This document shows, in pieces, positions 35,956-44,000 of a DNA stretch of 64,000 nucleotides. How positions within the stretch are numbered: the stretch's first letter is position 1; every line of letters begins with the position of its first letter. The stretch spans positions 2,355-66,354 of the forward strand of contig DATBIO010000272.1 in assembly GCA_036556965.1 (NCBI GenBank), given 5' to 3'. Under the pieces are notes generated by a model. The model did not search any database and was not told the origin of the DNA. It saw only the letters and a program-made list of their open reading frames with translations. Origin of the DNA: Vicinamibacteria bacterium. GTDB lineage: Bacteria > Acidobacteriota > Vicinamibacteria > Fen-336. Both the position numbers and the translations under genes were made by a program.

Positions 35956-36202
35956 CGCCGCACTGTACCAGCGTTGCCGTGCGCTATGCTGGGCCGTGCC
36001 GCGCGCCGTCACCATCCGGGAGATCGAGCGGATCTTCGCCGTCACCGACCCCCTGGGGATCCACCGCGAGGCCGTCGTCATCCCGCTGGCCATGCGCAGC
36101 CCGGGCGGAGTGCGGCGGCTGCCCGGGGGCAGGATCGAGATCGTGGTGGACGCGGAGGCCGACTTCGAGCAGTGGGTGGCCGGGCTGCCCGCCCGGATCG
36201 CC

Positions 36203-36754
36203 TCAGTCGGGTAGCGCGGCCAGGGCCCGCCGGTAGGCGAGGAGGTCGCCCTCGCTGAAGAGGGCGAAGCGGACGACGGACACGGTGGAGCCCGCCTGCA
36301 ACGCCGCGCGCACGGTGGCGAGGGCAACCGCGGCCGCCTCCTCCACGGGATAGCCGTAGGCGCCCGTGGAGATGCTGGGGAACGTGACCGAGGCCAGGCC
36401 GCGCGCGGCGGCCAGGTCCAGGCAGTTGCGATAGCAGCGGGCCAGGGTCTCCGCCTCGCCCGCCCCGCCGCCGCGCCACACCGGACCCACGGTGTGGATG
36501 ACGTGGCGGGCGGGGAGTTGCCCGCCCCCGCTCACGACGGCCTCGCCGGGAGGGAGGGGACCCTGGCGCTCCACGATGCGCCGGCACTCCTCCTTGATGG
36601 CGGGGCCCCCGGCCCGGTGGATGGCACCGTCAACGCCGCCCCCTCCCATGAGCCCGGAGTTGGCGGCATTGACGATGGCGTCGCTCGCTGCGCGCGTGAT
36701 GTCCTCACGCGCCAGCTCGATGCGACCCGAGCCGAATGTTCGGACGACCAGCTT
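36203..36754 (-). CDS. Macro-domain protein (MacroD/YmdB-like ADP-ribose processing); start codon unresolved
   Basis: Conserved macro motifs GRIELAREDITRAASDAIVNAANSGLMGGGGVDGAIHRAGG and C-terminal GxSVxFPxISTGxYGYP. The first in-frame ATG (36649) lies inside the conserved fold. There is no ATG/GTG/TTG between the in-frame HU stop (36860-62) and 36649. Confidence 0.6.
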   Translation of the reverse strand, partial: KLVVRTFGSGRIELAREDITRAASDAIVNAANSGLMGGGGVDGAIHRAGGPAIKEECRRIVERQGPLPPGEAVVSGGGQLPARHVIHTVGPVWRGGGAGEAETLARCYRNCLDLAAARGLASVTFPSISTGAYGYPVEEAAAVALATVRAALQAGSTVSVVRFALFSEGDLLAYRRALAALPD

Positions 36755-36859
36755 CCCTCGGGCGCCCCGCGCGCGGCGCGCCCTCCTCGACCCGGCGGGA
36801 CGTGCGGCCGACGCCGCGCGGCCGCACCGACCGCGGGGTGTGGCAGGGAATCGGTCCGG

Positions 36860-37147
36860 TTACTTGCTTCCCAGCGCCGCGTCCTTGGCCGCCTTGGCCA
36901 CCACGAACTTCAGGCGCTTGCGGGCGGGGATGCGGATTTCCTGGCCGGTCTGCGGATTGCGGCCCATGCGCGCCTTGTAGCTGCGCACGACCAGCTTGCC
37001 GATGCCGGGGATGGTGAAGCCGTTCTTGGCTTCCTTGTGGGCCATGGTGGCCAGCGCCTCGAGATACGCGGCCGACTGCTTCTTGGAGATGTCGATCTTC
37101 TCGGCCATGGCAGCCACGATCTTCGACTTGGTCATCGCCTTTGCCAT
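36860..37147 (-). CDS. hup: DNA-binding protein HU (HU/IHF family)
   Basis: 95 aa; MAKAMTKSKIVAAMAEK...GFTIPGIGKLVVRSYKARMGRNPQTGQEIRIPARKRLKF; strong AAGGAGGA RBS 8 nt upstream of ATG 37147. Confidence 0.9.
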   Translation of the reverse strand: MAKAMTKSKIVAAMAEKIDISKKQSAAYLEALATMAHKEAKNGFTIPGIGKLVVRSYKARMGRNPQTGQEIRIPARKRLKFVVAKAAKDAALGSK

Positions 37148-37261
37148 CGTGTCAATCCTCCTTGGAAGGCATCTGGTGGGCGGGGGCCCTGATCGGAAGG
37201 CGCGGGCATTCTACATGCCCGCCGCGGCCGCGTGTCAACCGGTTGTTTTCGAGCGGGGCCG

Positions 37262-37582
37262 CTAGCGCGGCGGCGGCGGGCGGAGGAGGAACACCGTCTC
37301 CCCGGGACGGCCCAGGCCCAGCTCCTCGCGCGCCAGGCGCTCGATGGCGCGCGGATCGGCGCGCAGGGCGCCGATCTCCGCGGCCAGGCGGCGGTTCTCC
37401 GCGCGCAGCCCTTCGATCTCCGCCAGCAGGGCCTCCGCGCGCTCGCGCTGCCGCACGAGCTGCAGGATGCCGCGGTCTCCGAAGAGCGAGCCCACGAGGA
37501 GGGCGAGGAGGGCGATGACACAGGTCAGGACGGCGGCCTTGCGCGGCAGGCGCGCCTCGGCCCGCGCCTTGTCGTCCCTCAT
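37262..37582 (-). CDS. ftsB: Septum formation initiator FtsB/DivIC family protein
   Basis: ATG 37582 with GGGAAGG RBS. N-terminal TM anchor (AAVLTCVIALLALLVGSLF) followed by a coiled coil (LQLVRQRERAEALLAEIEGLRAENRRLAAEIGALR). Confidence 0.7.
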   Translation of the reverse strand: MRDDKARAEARLPRKAAVLTCVIALLALLVGSLFGDRGILQLVRQRERAEALLAEIEGLRAENRRLAAEIGALRADPRAIERLAREELGLGRPGETVFLLRPPPPR

Positions 37583-37634
37583 CCCGTCGCCTTCCCGTTC
37601 GCGCAAGAGGGAAACGTTAGCACGCCCTTCGCGC

Positions 37635-38072
37635 TCACGACCCGAGCAGCCCCAGCCGGCGCGCCCCCTGGCGCGCGCCCGCGGCCTGGTAGCGCTTGAG
37701 GAGGTCCACCAGCTCCTGGTTGACCTGCTTCAGCCGCCGCAGCCCCTTGCGGAAGGCGCGCGACCGGGTGAGAAGCGCGCGCGCCTCCTCCACCCTCTCC
37801 TCGCCCAGGTAGGCGAAGCTGCCCGCCCCCCCGCTGCGGCGGGAGAGCACGTAGTAGGGGCCGTGCCCGCGGCCCTCGGCGCAGGCGCATCCCGCCTTGC
37901 CGCAGCGCCCGAAGCGCGTGAAGAGCGACCCCGCCACCTGCGCCCGCAGGGCGATGAGGGAGCGCACGAGCACGCGCTGCTCGGCCAGGCGCGCGCGGAT
38001 GCGGCGCCGCAGCGCGGCGGGCGCGGCGGCGCGCGCGCGGGGCGTGCGGACGGCGGCGGTGGCGGCAGGCAT
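37635..38072 (-). CDS. Hypothetical zinc-ribbon protein of the DUF6788-like type (RCGKxGCxC ... GHGPYYVL motif)
   Basis: ATG 38072; 145 aa; conserved-looking Cys cluster GRCGKAGCACAEGRGHGPYYVL followed by a basic/helical C-terminal half; coding-like GC3. Confidence 0.55.
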   Translation of the reverse strand: MPAATAAVRTPRARAAAPAALRRRIRARLAEQRVLVRSLIALRAQVAGSLFTRFGRCGKAGCACAEGRGHGPYYVLSRRSGGAGSFAYLGEERVEEARALLTRSRAFRKGLRRLKQVNQELVDLLKRYQAAGARQGARRLGLLGS

Positions 38073-38077
38073 TGTCG

Positions 38078-38114
38078 TACAGTGCGTCTGTAAGAAAGTG
38101 CTGTAAGACTACAG
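38078..38114. promoter_or_regulatory. Pair of nested inverted repeats TACAG-N5-CTGTA and CTGTA-N4-TACAG (plus direct repeat TGTAAGA x2) in the divergent DUF6788 / EVE-cutA promoter region; TAGAAT -10-like box at 38141-38146
   Basis: Seen directly in a locally AT-richer 60-bp stretch between the two divergent start codons (38072 and 38167). Confidence 0.35.
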
Positions 38115-38166
38115 GCAAGAGACGGCCGCGGTCAAGGGCCTAGAATGGGCCCCGGAGGCACGGGCC

Positions 38167-38565
38167 ATGTGGCTGCTGAAGACGGAGCCGGGCGCCTACG
38201 GCTACGACGACCTGGAGCGCGAGGGACGGACGGTGTGGGACGGGGTGACCAATCCCGTGGCCCTGAAGAACCTCCGCGCCATGAAGGCGGGAGACCGGGT
38301 GTTCGTGTACCACACGGGGGACGAGAAGGCGGTGGTGGGGACGGCGGAGGTGGTGCGCGAGGCGTACCCGGATCCCAGGGCGGGCGACCCGCGGCGCGTG
38401 GTGGTGGACGTGCGCGCCACCGGCCGCCTCGCCCGCCCGGTGGCCCTGGCGGAGATCAAGCAGATGGCCGTCTTCCGCGACAGCCCCCTCGTGCGGCAGG
38501 GCCGCCTCTCGGTGGTGCCCGTCACCGCCGCCCAGGGCGCCGCCCTCGAGAAGGGACGCGCGTGA
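38167..38565 (+). CDS. EVE-domain (PUA-like) protein
   Basis: ATG 38167 with GGAGG RBS. MWLLKTEPGAYGYDDL...WDGVTNPVALKNLRAMKAGDRVFVYHTG...AVVGTAEVVREAYPDP is the canonical EVE fold signature. Confidence 0.85.
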   Translation: MWLLKTEPGAYGYDDLEREGRTVWDGVTNPVALKNLRAMKAGDRVFVYHTGDEKAVVGTAEVVREAYPDPRAGDPRRVVVDVRATGRLARPVALAEIKQMAVFRDSPLVRQGRLSVVPVTAAQGAALEKGRA

Positions 38566-38885
38566 GCGCCGAGCGGGTGGTCGCGCTCTCCACGGTGGGG
38601 AGCGCGGAGGCGGCGGAGGAGATCGCCCGCGCCCTGGTGGAGCGGGGCGTGGCCGCCTGCGTCAACGTCGTGCCCGGGATCGTCTCCTTCTACCGGTGGC
38701 AGGGCGAGCTCCAGCGCGACGGGGAGTGGCTGCTCGTGATCAAGACGCGCGCCGAGCGCTTCGAGGCGCTGCGCGCGGCCCTGGTGGCCCTCCACCCCTA
38801 CGAGGTGCCGGAGGTGCTCGCGCTGCCGGTGGTGGCCGGGCACGAGCCCTACCTGCACTGGCTGGACGAGAGCGTTCGTCCCTAG
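38562..38885 (+). CDS. cutA: Divalent-cation tolerance protein CutA (PII-like trimer fold)
   Basis: GTG 38562 overlapping the EVE TGA (GTGA). Motifs ALVERGVAACVN, SFYRWQGE, WLLVIKT, ALHPYEVPE. Confidence 0.85.
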   Translation: MSAERVVALSTVGSAEAAEEIARALVERGVAACVNVVPGIVSFYRWQGELQRDGEWLLVIKTRAERFEALRAALVALHPYEVPEVLALPVVAGHEPYLHWLDESVRP

Positions 38886-38915
38886 GCGCGGCCGCGCGCG
38901 GAGCGGGTCCCCGGC

Positions 38916-40052
38916 CTAGAGCCGGGAGAGGGCCCCGCGAAGATCCGCGATGAGGTCCTCGGCGTCCTCGCAGCCCACGCTGATGCGCACCAGGCCGTCG
39001 GTGATGCCGAGGGCATCGCGCTCCGCCTGCGTGTAGCCGGCGTGCGTCATGGTGGCGGGGTGGGAGATCAGCGTCTCGATGCCGCCCAGGCTCTCGCCCA
39101 GCGAGCAGAGGCGCACGCCCTCCAGGACGCGTCCCGCCGCCGCGCGCGAGCCCAGCTCGAAGGAGATCATGGCCCCGAAGCCGCCGGCCTGCCGCTTGTG
39201 GACGTCGTGGCCGGGATGGTCGGAGAAGCCGGGCCAGAACACCTTCCGCACCTTGGGCTGGCCGCGCAGGAACTCCGCCACCACGCGGCCGTTCTGCTCG
39301 TGCCGCGCCATGCGCAGGGCCAGGGTCTTGGTGCCGCGCAGCACGAGCCAGGAGTCGAAGGGGGAGAGGATGGCCCCCGCCGCGTTCTGGTAGTACTGCA
39401 GCCACTGCGCGTGCTCCGCGGACTTCGCCACCACCACCCCGCCCACGCTGTCGGAATGGCCGTTGAGGAACTTGGTGGTGGAGTGCACGACGAGGTCGGC
39501 GCCGAGGGCCAGGGGCTTCTGGAAGCAGGGGCTCATGAAGGTGTTGTCCACCACGAAGAGGGCCTTCCGGCGGCGCGCGGCCTCGCCCAGGGCCGCGATG
39601 TCGCAGACCTTCATCAGGGGGTTGGTGGGGGTCTCGATCCACAGCATCTGGAAGTCGCCCGCCGCGCGCTCGAAGGCGGCGGCGTCGCTGGCCTCCAGGA
39701 AGGCGAAGTCGACGCCGTAGCGCGCCAGGACCTTGGTGAAGAGGCGGTGCGTCCCCCCGTAGACGTTGTCGGAGACCACCACCCGCTGGCCCGACGTGAC
39801 CATGGACAGGACCGCGTTGGTGGCGGCCATGCCCGAGGCGTAGCAGTAGGCGTCGGCGCCCCCCTCCAGGGCGGCCAGGTTCTTCTCCAGGGCGCGCCGC
39901 GTGGGGTTCTGCGTGCGCGCGTACTCGTAGCCCTTGTGCCGGCCGATGCCCTCCTGCACGTAGGTGGAGGTCTGGTAGATCGGGGTGACCACCGCGCCCG
40001 TGGTGGGGTCCGGCTCCTGGCCGGCGTGGATGCAGTCCGTGGCGAAGCCCAT
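38916..40052 (-). CDS. Cystathionine gamma-lyase / gamma-synthase family PLP enzyme (Cys/Met metabolism)
   Basis: ATG 40052; PLP-lysine context HSTTKFLNGHSD, ETPTNP, typical CGS/CGL fold type I sequence. Confidence 0.85.
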   Translation of the reverse strand: MGFATDCIHAGQEPDPTTGAVVTPIYQTSTYVQEGIGRHKGYEYARTQNPTRRALEKNLAALEGGADAYCYASGMAATNAVLSMVTSGQRVVVSDNVYGGTHRLFTKVLARYGVDFAFLEASDAAAFERAAGDFQMLWIETPTNPLMKVCDIAALGEAARRRKALFVVDNTFMSPCFQKPLALGADLVVHSTTKFLNGHSDSVGGVVVAKSAEHAQWLQYYQNAAGAILSPFDSWLVLRGTKTLALRMARHEQNGRVVAEFLRGQPKVRKVFWPGFSDHPGHDVHKRQAGGFGAMISFELGSRAAAGRVLEGVRLCSLGESLGGIETLISHPATMTHAGYTQAERDALGITDGLVRISVGCEDAEDLIADLRGALSRL

Positions 40053-40060
40053 GCCGCCTC

Positions 40061-41017
40061 TCAGAGGTTCTCGAAGACGCCCTTGCCCAGGTAGCGCTCG
40101 AAGCCGTCGGGGAAGACGGTGACCACGCTGGCCCCGCGGGGCAGGCGGGCCGCCACCGCGCGCGCGGCGTGCGCGGCCGCCCCCGCGGAGCCCCCCACCA
40201 GCAGGCCCTCGCGCCGCGCCAGCTCGCGCACGGCGGCGAAGGAGGCGTCGTCGGTCACGGTCACGATCTCGTCCACCAGCGCGCGGTCCAGGGCCGCGGG
40301 CCAGAACGAGTTGCCGATGCCCTCCACCTTGTGTGGACCGGGCGGCCCTCCCCCCCAGATGGACCCCTGGGGCTCCACCAGCACCGCGTGCACGCGCGGG
40401 TCGCGCTCCTTGAAGTAGCGGGCCACCCCGGTGAAGGTGCCGCCCGTGCCCGCCCCGATCACCACCGCCGCGGGCAGGTGCCCCAGCTGCTCGTGGATCT
40501 CCACCGCCGTGGTGCGCTCGTGGAAGGCGGGGTTGGCGGGGTTCTCGAACTGCTGGGGCACGAAGGCCCCGGGGATGCTCCTCGCCACCTCGCGCGCCCG
40601 GGCGATGGCGCCCTCGATCCCCGCCTCCGTGGGCGTGAGCACGATCTCGGCCCCCAGCACGTTCATGACCGCGGTCTTGGGCCCCACGAACTTCTCCGGC
40701 ACCACCACCACCACGCGGTAGCCGCGGCTGATGCCGATGAGGGCCAGGCCCACGCCGGTGTTGCCCGCGGTGGGCTCCACGATGGTGGCTCCGGGGGCGA
40801 GCAGGCCCGCCTCCTCCGCGGCCAGCACCATCCCCAGGGCGGCGCGGTCCTTCACGCTACCGCCGGGGTTGAGGAACTCCAGCTTGGCGAAGACGGAGGC
40901 CCCGCCCGCGGGCACGTAGCGCTGGAGGTGGAGGAGGGGGGTGCGCCCGACGAGGTCGAGCACGCCGCGCGCGATCCCGCCCGCGCGCTCGGTGTCGGCC
41001 TCCGCGCGCGCGCTCAT
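40061..41017 (-). CDS. Cysteine synthase / cystathionine beta-synthase-like PLP enzyme (fold type II)
   Basis: PLP-lysine motif NPGGSVKDRAALGM. GTGGT glycine loop GAGTGGTFTG. 8 bp upstream of the gamma-lyase gene (operon). Confidence 0.85.
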   Translation of the reverse strand: MSARAEADTERAGGIARGVLDLVGRTPLLHLQRYVPAGGASVFAKLEFLNPGGSVKDRAALGMVLAAEEAGLLAPGATIVEPTAGNTGVGLALIGISRGYRVVVVVPEKFVGPKTAVMNVLGAEIVLTPTEAGIEGAIARAREVARSIPGAFVPQQFENPANPAFHERTTAVEIHEQLGHLPAAVVIGAGTGGTFTGVARYFKERDPRVHAVLVEPQGSIWGGGPPGPHKVEGIGNSFWPAALDRALVDEIVTVTDDASFAAVRELARREGLLVGGSAGAAAHAARAVAARLPRGASVVTVFPDGFERYLGKGVFENL

Positions 41018-41068
41018 GGCGTCACGTTAGCGCAGGCCGCGAAGGGGGGTCAACGTTGCCGCGCCGCC

Positions 41069-44000
41069 TCAGGCGCGCAGGCCGATGTCGTGCAGGATGC
41101 CCGCGCACTCGTCCGCGGGCAGCGGGCGCGAGAACAGGTAGCCCTGCATGAGGTCGCAGCCGTGGTTCTCGAGGAAGACGAGCTGCTCCTCCGTCTCCAC
41201 CCCTTCCGCCACCACGCGCAGCTTGAGGGTGTGGGCGAGGGCGATGACGGCGGTGGCGATGGCGGCGTCGTCGGGGTCGGTGGTGATGTCGCGCACGAAG
41301 GACTGGTCGATCTTCAGGGTGTCGATGGGCAGGCGCTTCAGGTAGCTGAGCGAGGAATAGCCGATGCCGAAGTCGTCGATGGTGATGCGCACGCCCAGCG
41401 CCTTCAGCTCGCGCAGGGTGTGCACGGTGGCCTCCGCGTTCTGCATGGCATTGGTCTCGGTGATCTCCAGGTCGAGGCAGGAGGCGGGCAGGCCCGTCTC
41501 GGCGAGGGCGCGGCGCACCTCGTTCACCAGCTCCGGCTGCTGGAACTGGCGCGCGGAGAGGTTCACCGCCACCACCAGGTCGGGGTGGCCGGCGGAGTGC
41601 CAGGCGCGGGCCTGGGCGCACGCCGTACGGAGGGTCCAGGCGGAGAGGGGGAGGATGAGGCCGGTGGCCTCGGCCACGGGGATGAACTCGCCGGGGGCCA
41701 CCAGGCCGCGCTCCGGGTGCTGCCAGCGCAGGAGCGCCTCCACCGCGTGCACGCGTCCCCGGCTGAGGTCGAGCATGGGCTGGTAGTAGATGACCAGCTC
41801 CTGGCGGGCGATGGCCTTGCGCAGCTCGCTCTCCACGGCCAGGCGCTCCACCGCGCTCGCGTTCATGGTGGGTGCGAAGAGCTGGTAGTTGTCGCGCCCC
41901 TGCTCCTTGGCCCGGTACATCGCGGTGTCGGCGTTCTTGACCAGGGTCTCGGCGTCGGCGCCGTCCTCCGGGTAGACGCTCACCCCCATGCTGGCGGAGA
42001 CGTAGAGCTCGCGCTCGTCCATCCGGAAGGGCTGGCGCAGCGCGTCCAGGATCTTCTCCGCCACCGTGGTCACGTCGATGGCGCGGGCGAGGCCGGGCAG
42101 CAGGAGGGTGAACTCGTCCCCGCCCAGGCGGGCCACGGTGTCGCCCTCCCGCACGCAGCCCAGCAGGCGCTCGGCCACCGCGCACAGCAGGCGGTCGCCC
42201 ACGGTGTGGCCGAGGGAGTCGTTGATGACCTTGAAGCGGTCGAGGTCCAGGAAGAGCACGGCCAGGCGGTGGCCCTGGCGATGGGCCTGGGCCACCGCCA
42301 CCTGCAGGCGGTCCGTGAAGAGGAGCCGGTTGGGCAGCGCGGTGAGGGCGTCGTGGTAGGCGAGGGCCTTGATCTGCTCCTCGGCCCGCTTGCGCTCCGT
42401 GACGTCGAAGGCGAAGCCGAGGGCGGCGGAGCGGCCGCCGAACTCGATGCTGCCCGCGGAGAAGTCCACCCAGCGCAGGCCGCCGTCCTTGCGCACGATC
42501 CGGAACTCGTAGCGCGCGGGGACGGGCAGGCCGCGCTGGCGGGCCAGGCCGCGCTCCTTGACCATCTCCTGGAACTCGGCGTCGGCCAGCGACCAGAAGG
42601 GCCGGCGCGCCAGCTCCTCCACGCTGTAGCCGGTGAGGAGGGAGGCGGCGGCGTTGGCGTAGCGGAAGTCCTCGCCCTGGTAGATGAAGATGGCGCTGGG
42701 CGTGGTGTCGGCCAGGGTGCGGAAGCGCTCCTCGCTCTCGCGCAGCGCCTCCGTGGTCTGCTGGCGGACGAGGGCGTTGGCCACGTGCTGGGACACGTAG
42801 GCGATGAGGTCGCGGTCCCGCTCGGTGAAGCGCACGTCCTCGGAGTAGCTCTGCACCACCATGGCCCCGAAGGCGCGGCCGCCGCGGCGCAGGGGCGCCC
42901 CCAGCCAGTCCACGGACGGCTCCCCCAGGAGCTCGATCTCCCCCCGCGCCACCAGGGCGGCGAAGCGGTCCTGGTCCACCAGCCGGGGCTCCGCCTCGCG
43001 CAGCACCCACTCCGTGAGCCCCTTGCCGGGGGCGCGCGGCGCGGGGGGGGCGTCGTGCTCGTCCACGAAGTAGGGGAAGCGCACGGAGTGCCCGTCGTCG
43101 TCGAGGATGGCGATGTAGAAGTTGCGCGCGTACATCAGCTCGCCCACGATGCGGTGGATCTCCCGGTAGAACTCGGGCATGTCCTCGATCACCCCCGCGG
43201 AGTGCGCGATGCGGTAGAGGGCGGCCTGCAGCTTCTCCGCCCGCTTGCGGTCGGTGACGTCGCGGATGACCACCTGCACGGCGGTGGTGCCCTGGTAGGT
43301 GAAGGGCACCGCCCCCACCTCCACGTCCACGGCACGGCCGTCCCGGCGCACGAACTTCTCCTCCACGAAGGGCAGGGTCTCCCCCACCGCCAGCCGCTTC
43401 ATGCGCTCGATCACGGTGGGCAGCGAGTCGGGGTGGATGGCCTCCAGCACGGGGCGGCCCGCCATCTCCTGGGGAGAGCGGTAGCCCATGATGCGGGCGG
43501 CGGCGCTGTTGGCGAAGATCAGGCGCCCGTCGGCGTGCACGGCGATGCCGTCCGGGCTCAGCTCCACCAGCCGCCGGTAGCGCTCCTCGCTCTGGCGGAG
43601 CGCGTCCTCCGCCGCCCGGCGCTCGGTGACGTCGATGAAGACCCCGCGGAAGCCGCTGGCCTCGCCCTTCTCGTCGCGCATGAGGGCGATGGAGCCGCTG
43701 ACCCGGCGGCGGCTCCCGTCGCCGCGGATGACCTCGAACTCCGCGCCGCGCACGGGGTCGCCGGTGGTGAAGACCTGGTTGAAGAGGCGGTAGACGATGC
43801 GCGCGTTCTCCTCGTCCGTGTACTGCCGGTTGTTCATGCCCAGCAGCTGCGGGGCCGGGTAGCCGAGGTTGCGGGCCAGGGCGTCGTTCAGGAAGACGAG
43901 GTTCCCCGCCAGGTCCACCTCGTAGTAGCCCTCGTCGATGGAGCCGAGGATGGCGCGGTACTTCTCCTCGCTCCGCCGCAGCGCCTCCAGGGCGTGCACG

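Noticed and set aside
38908-38926. Hairpin CCCGGC-ctaga-GCCGGG at the cutA / gamma-lyase junction as a bidirectional terminator
   Set aside because: Short 6-bp stem overlapping the gamma-lyase stop codon, with no U-tract. Too weak to call.
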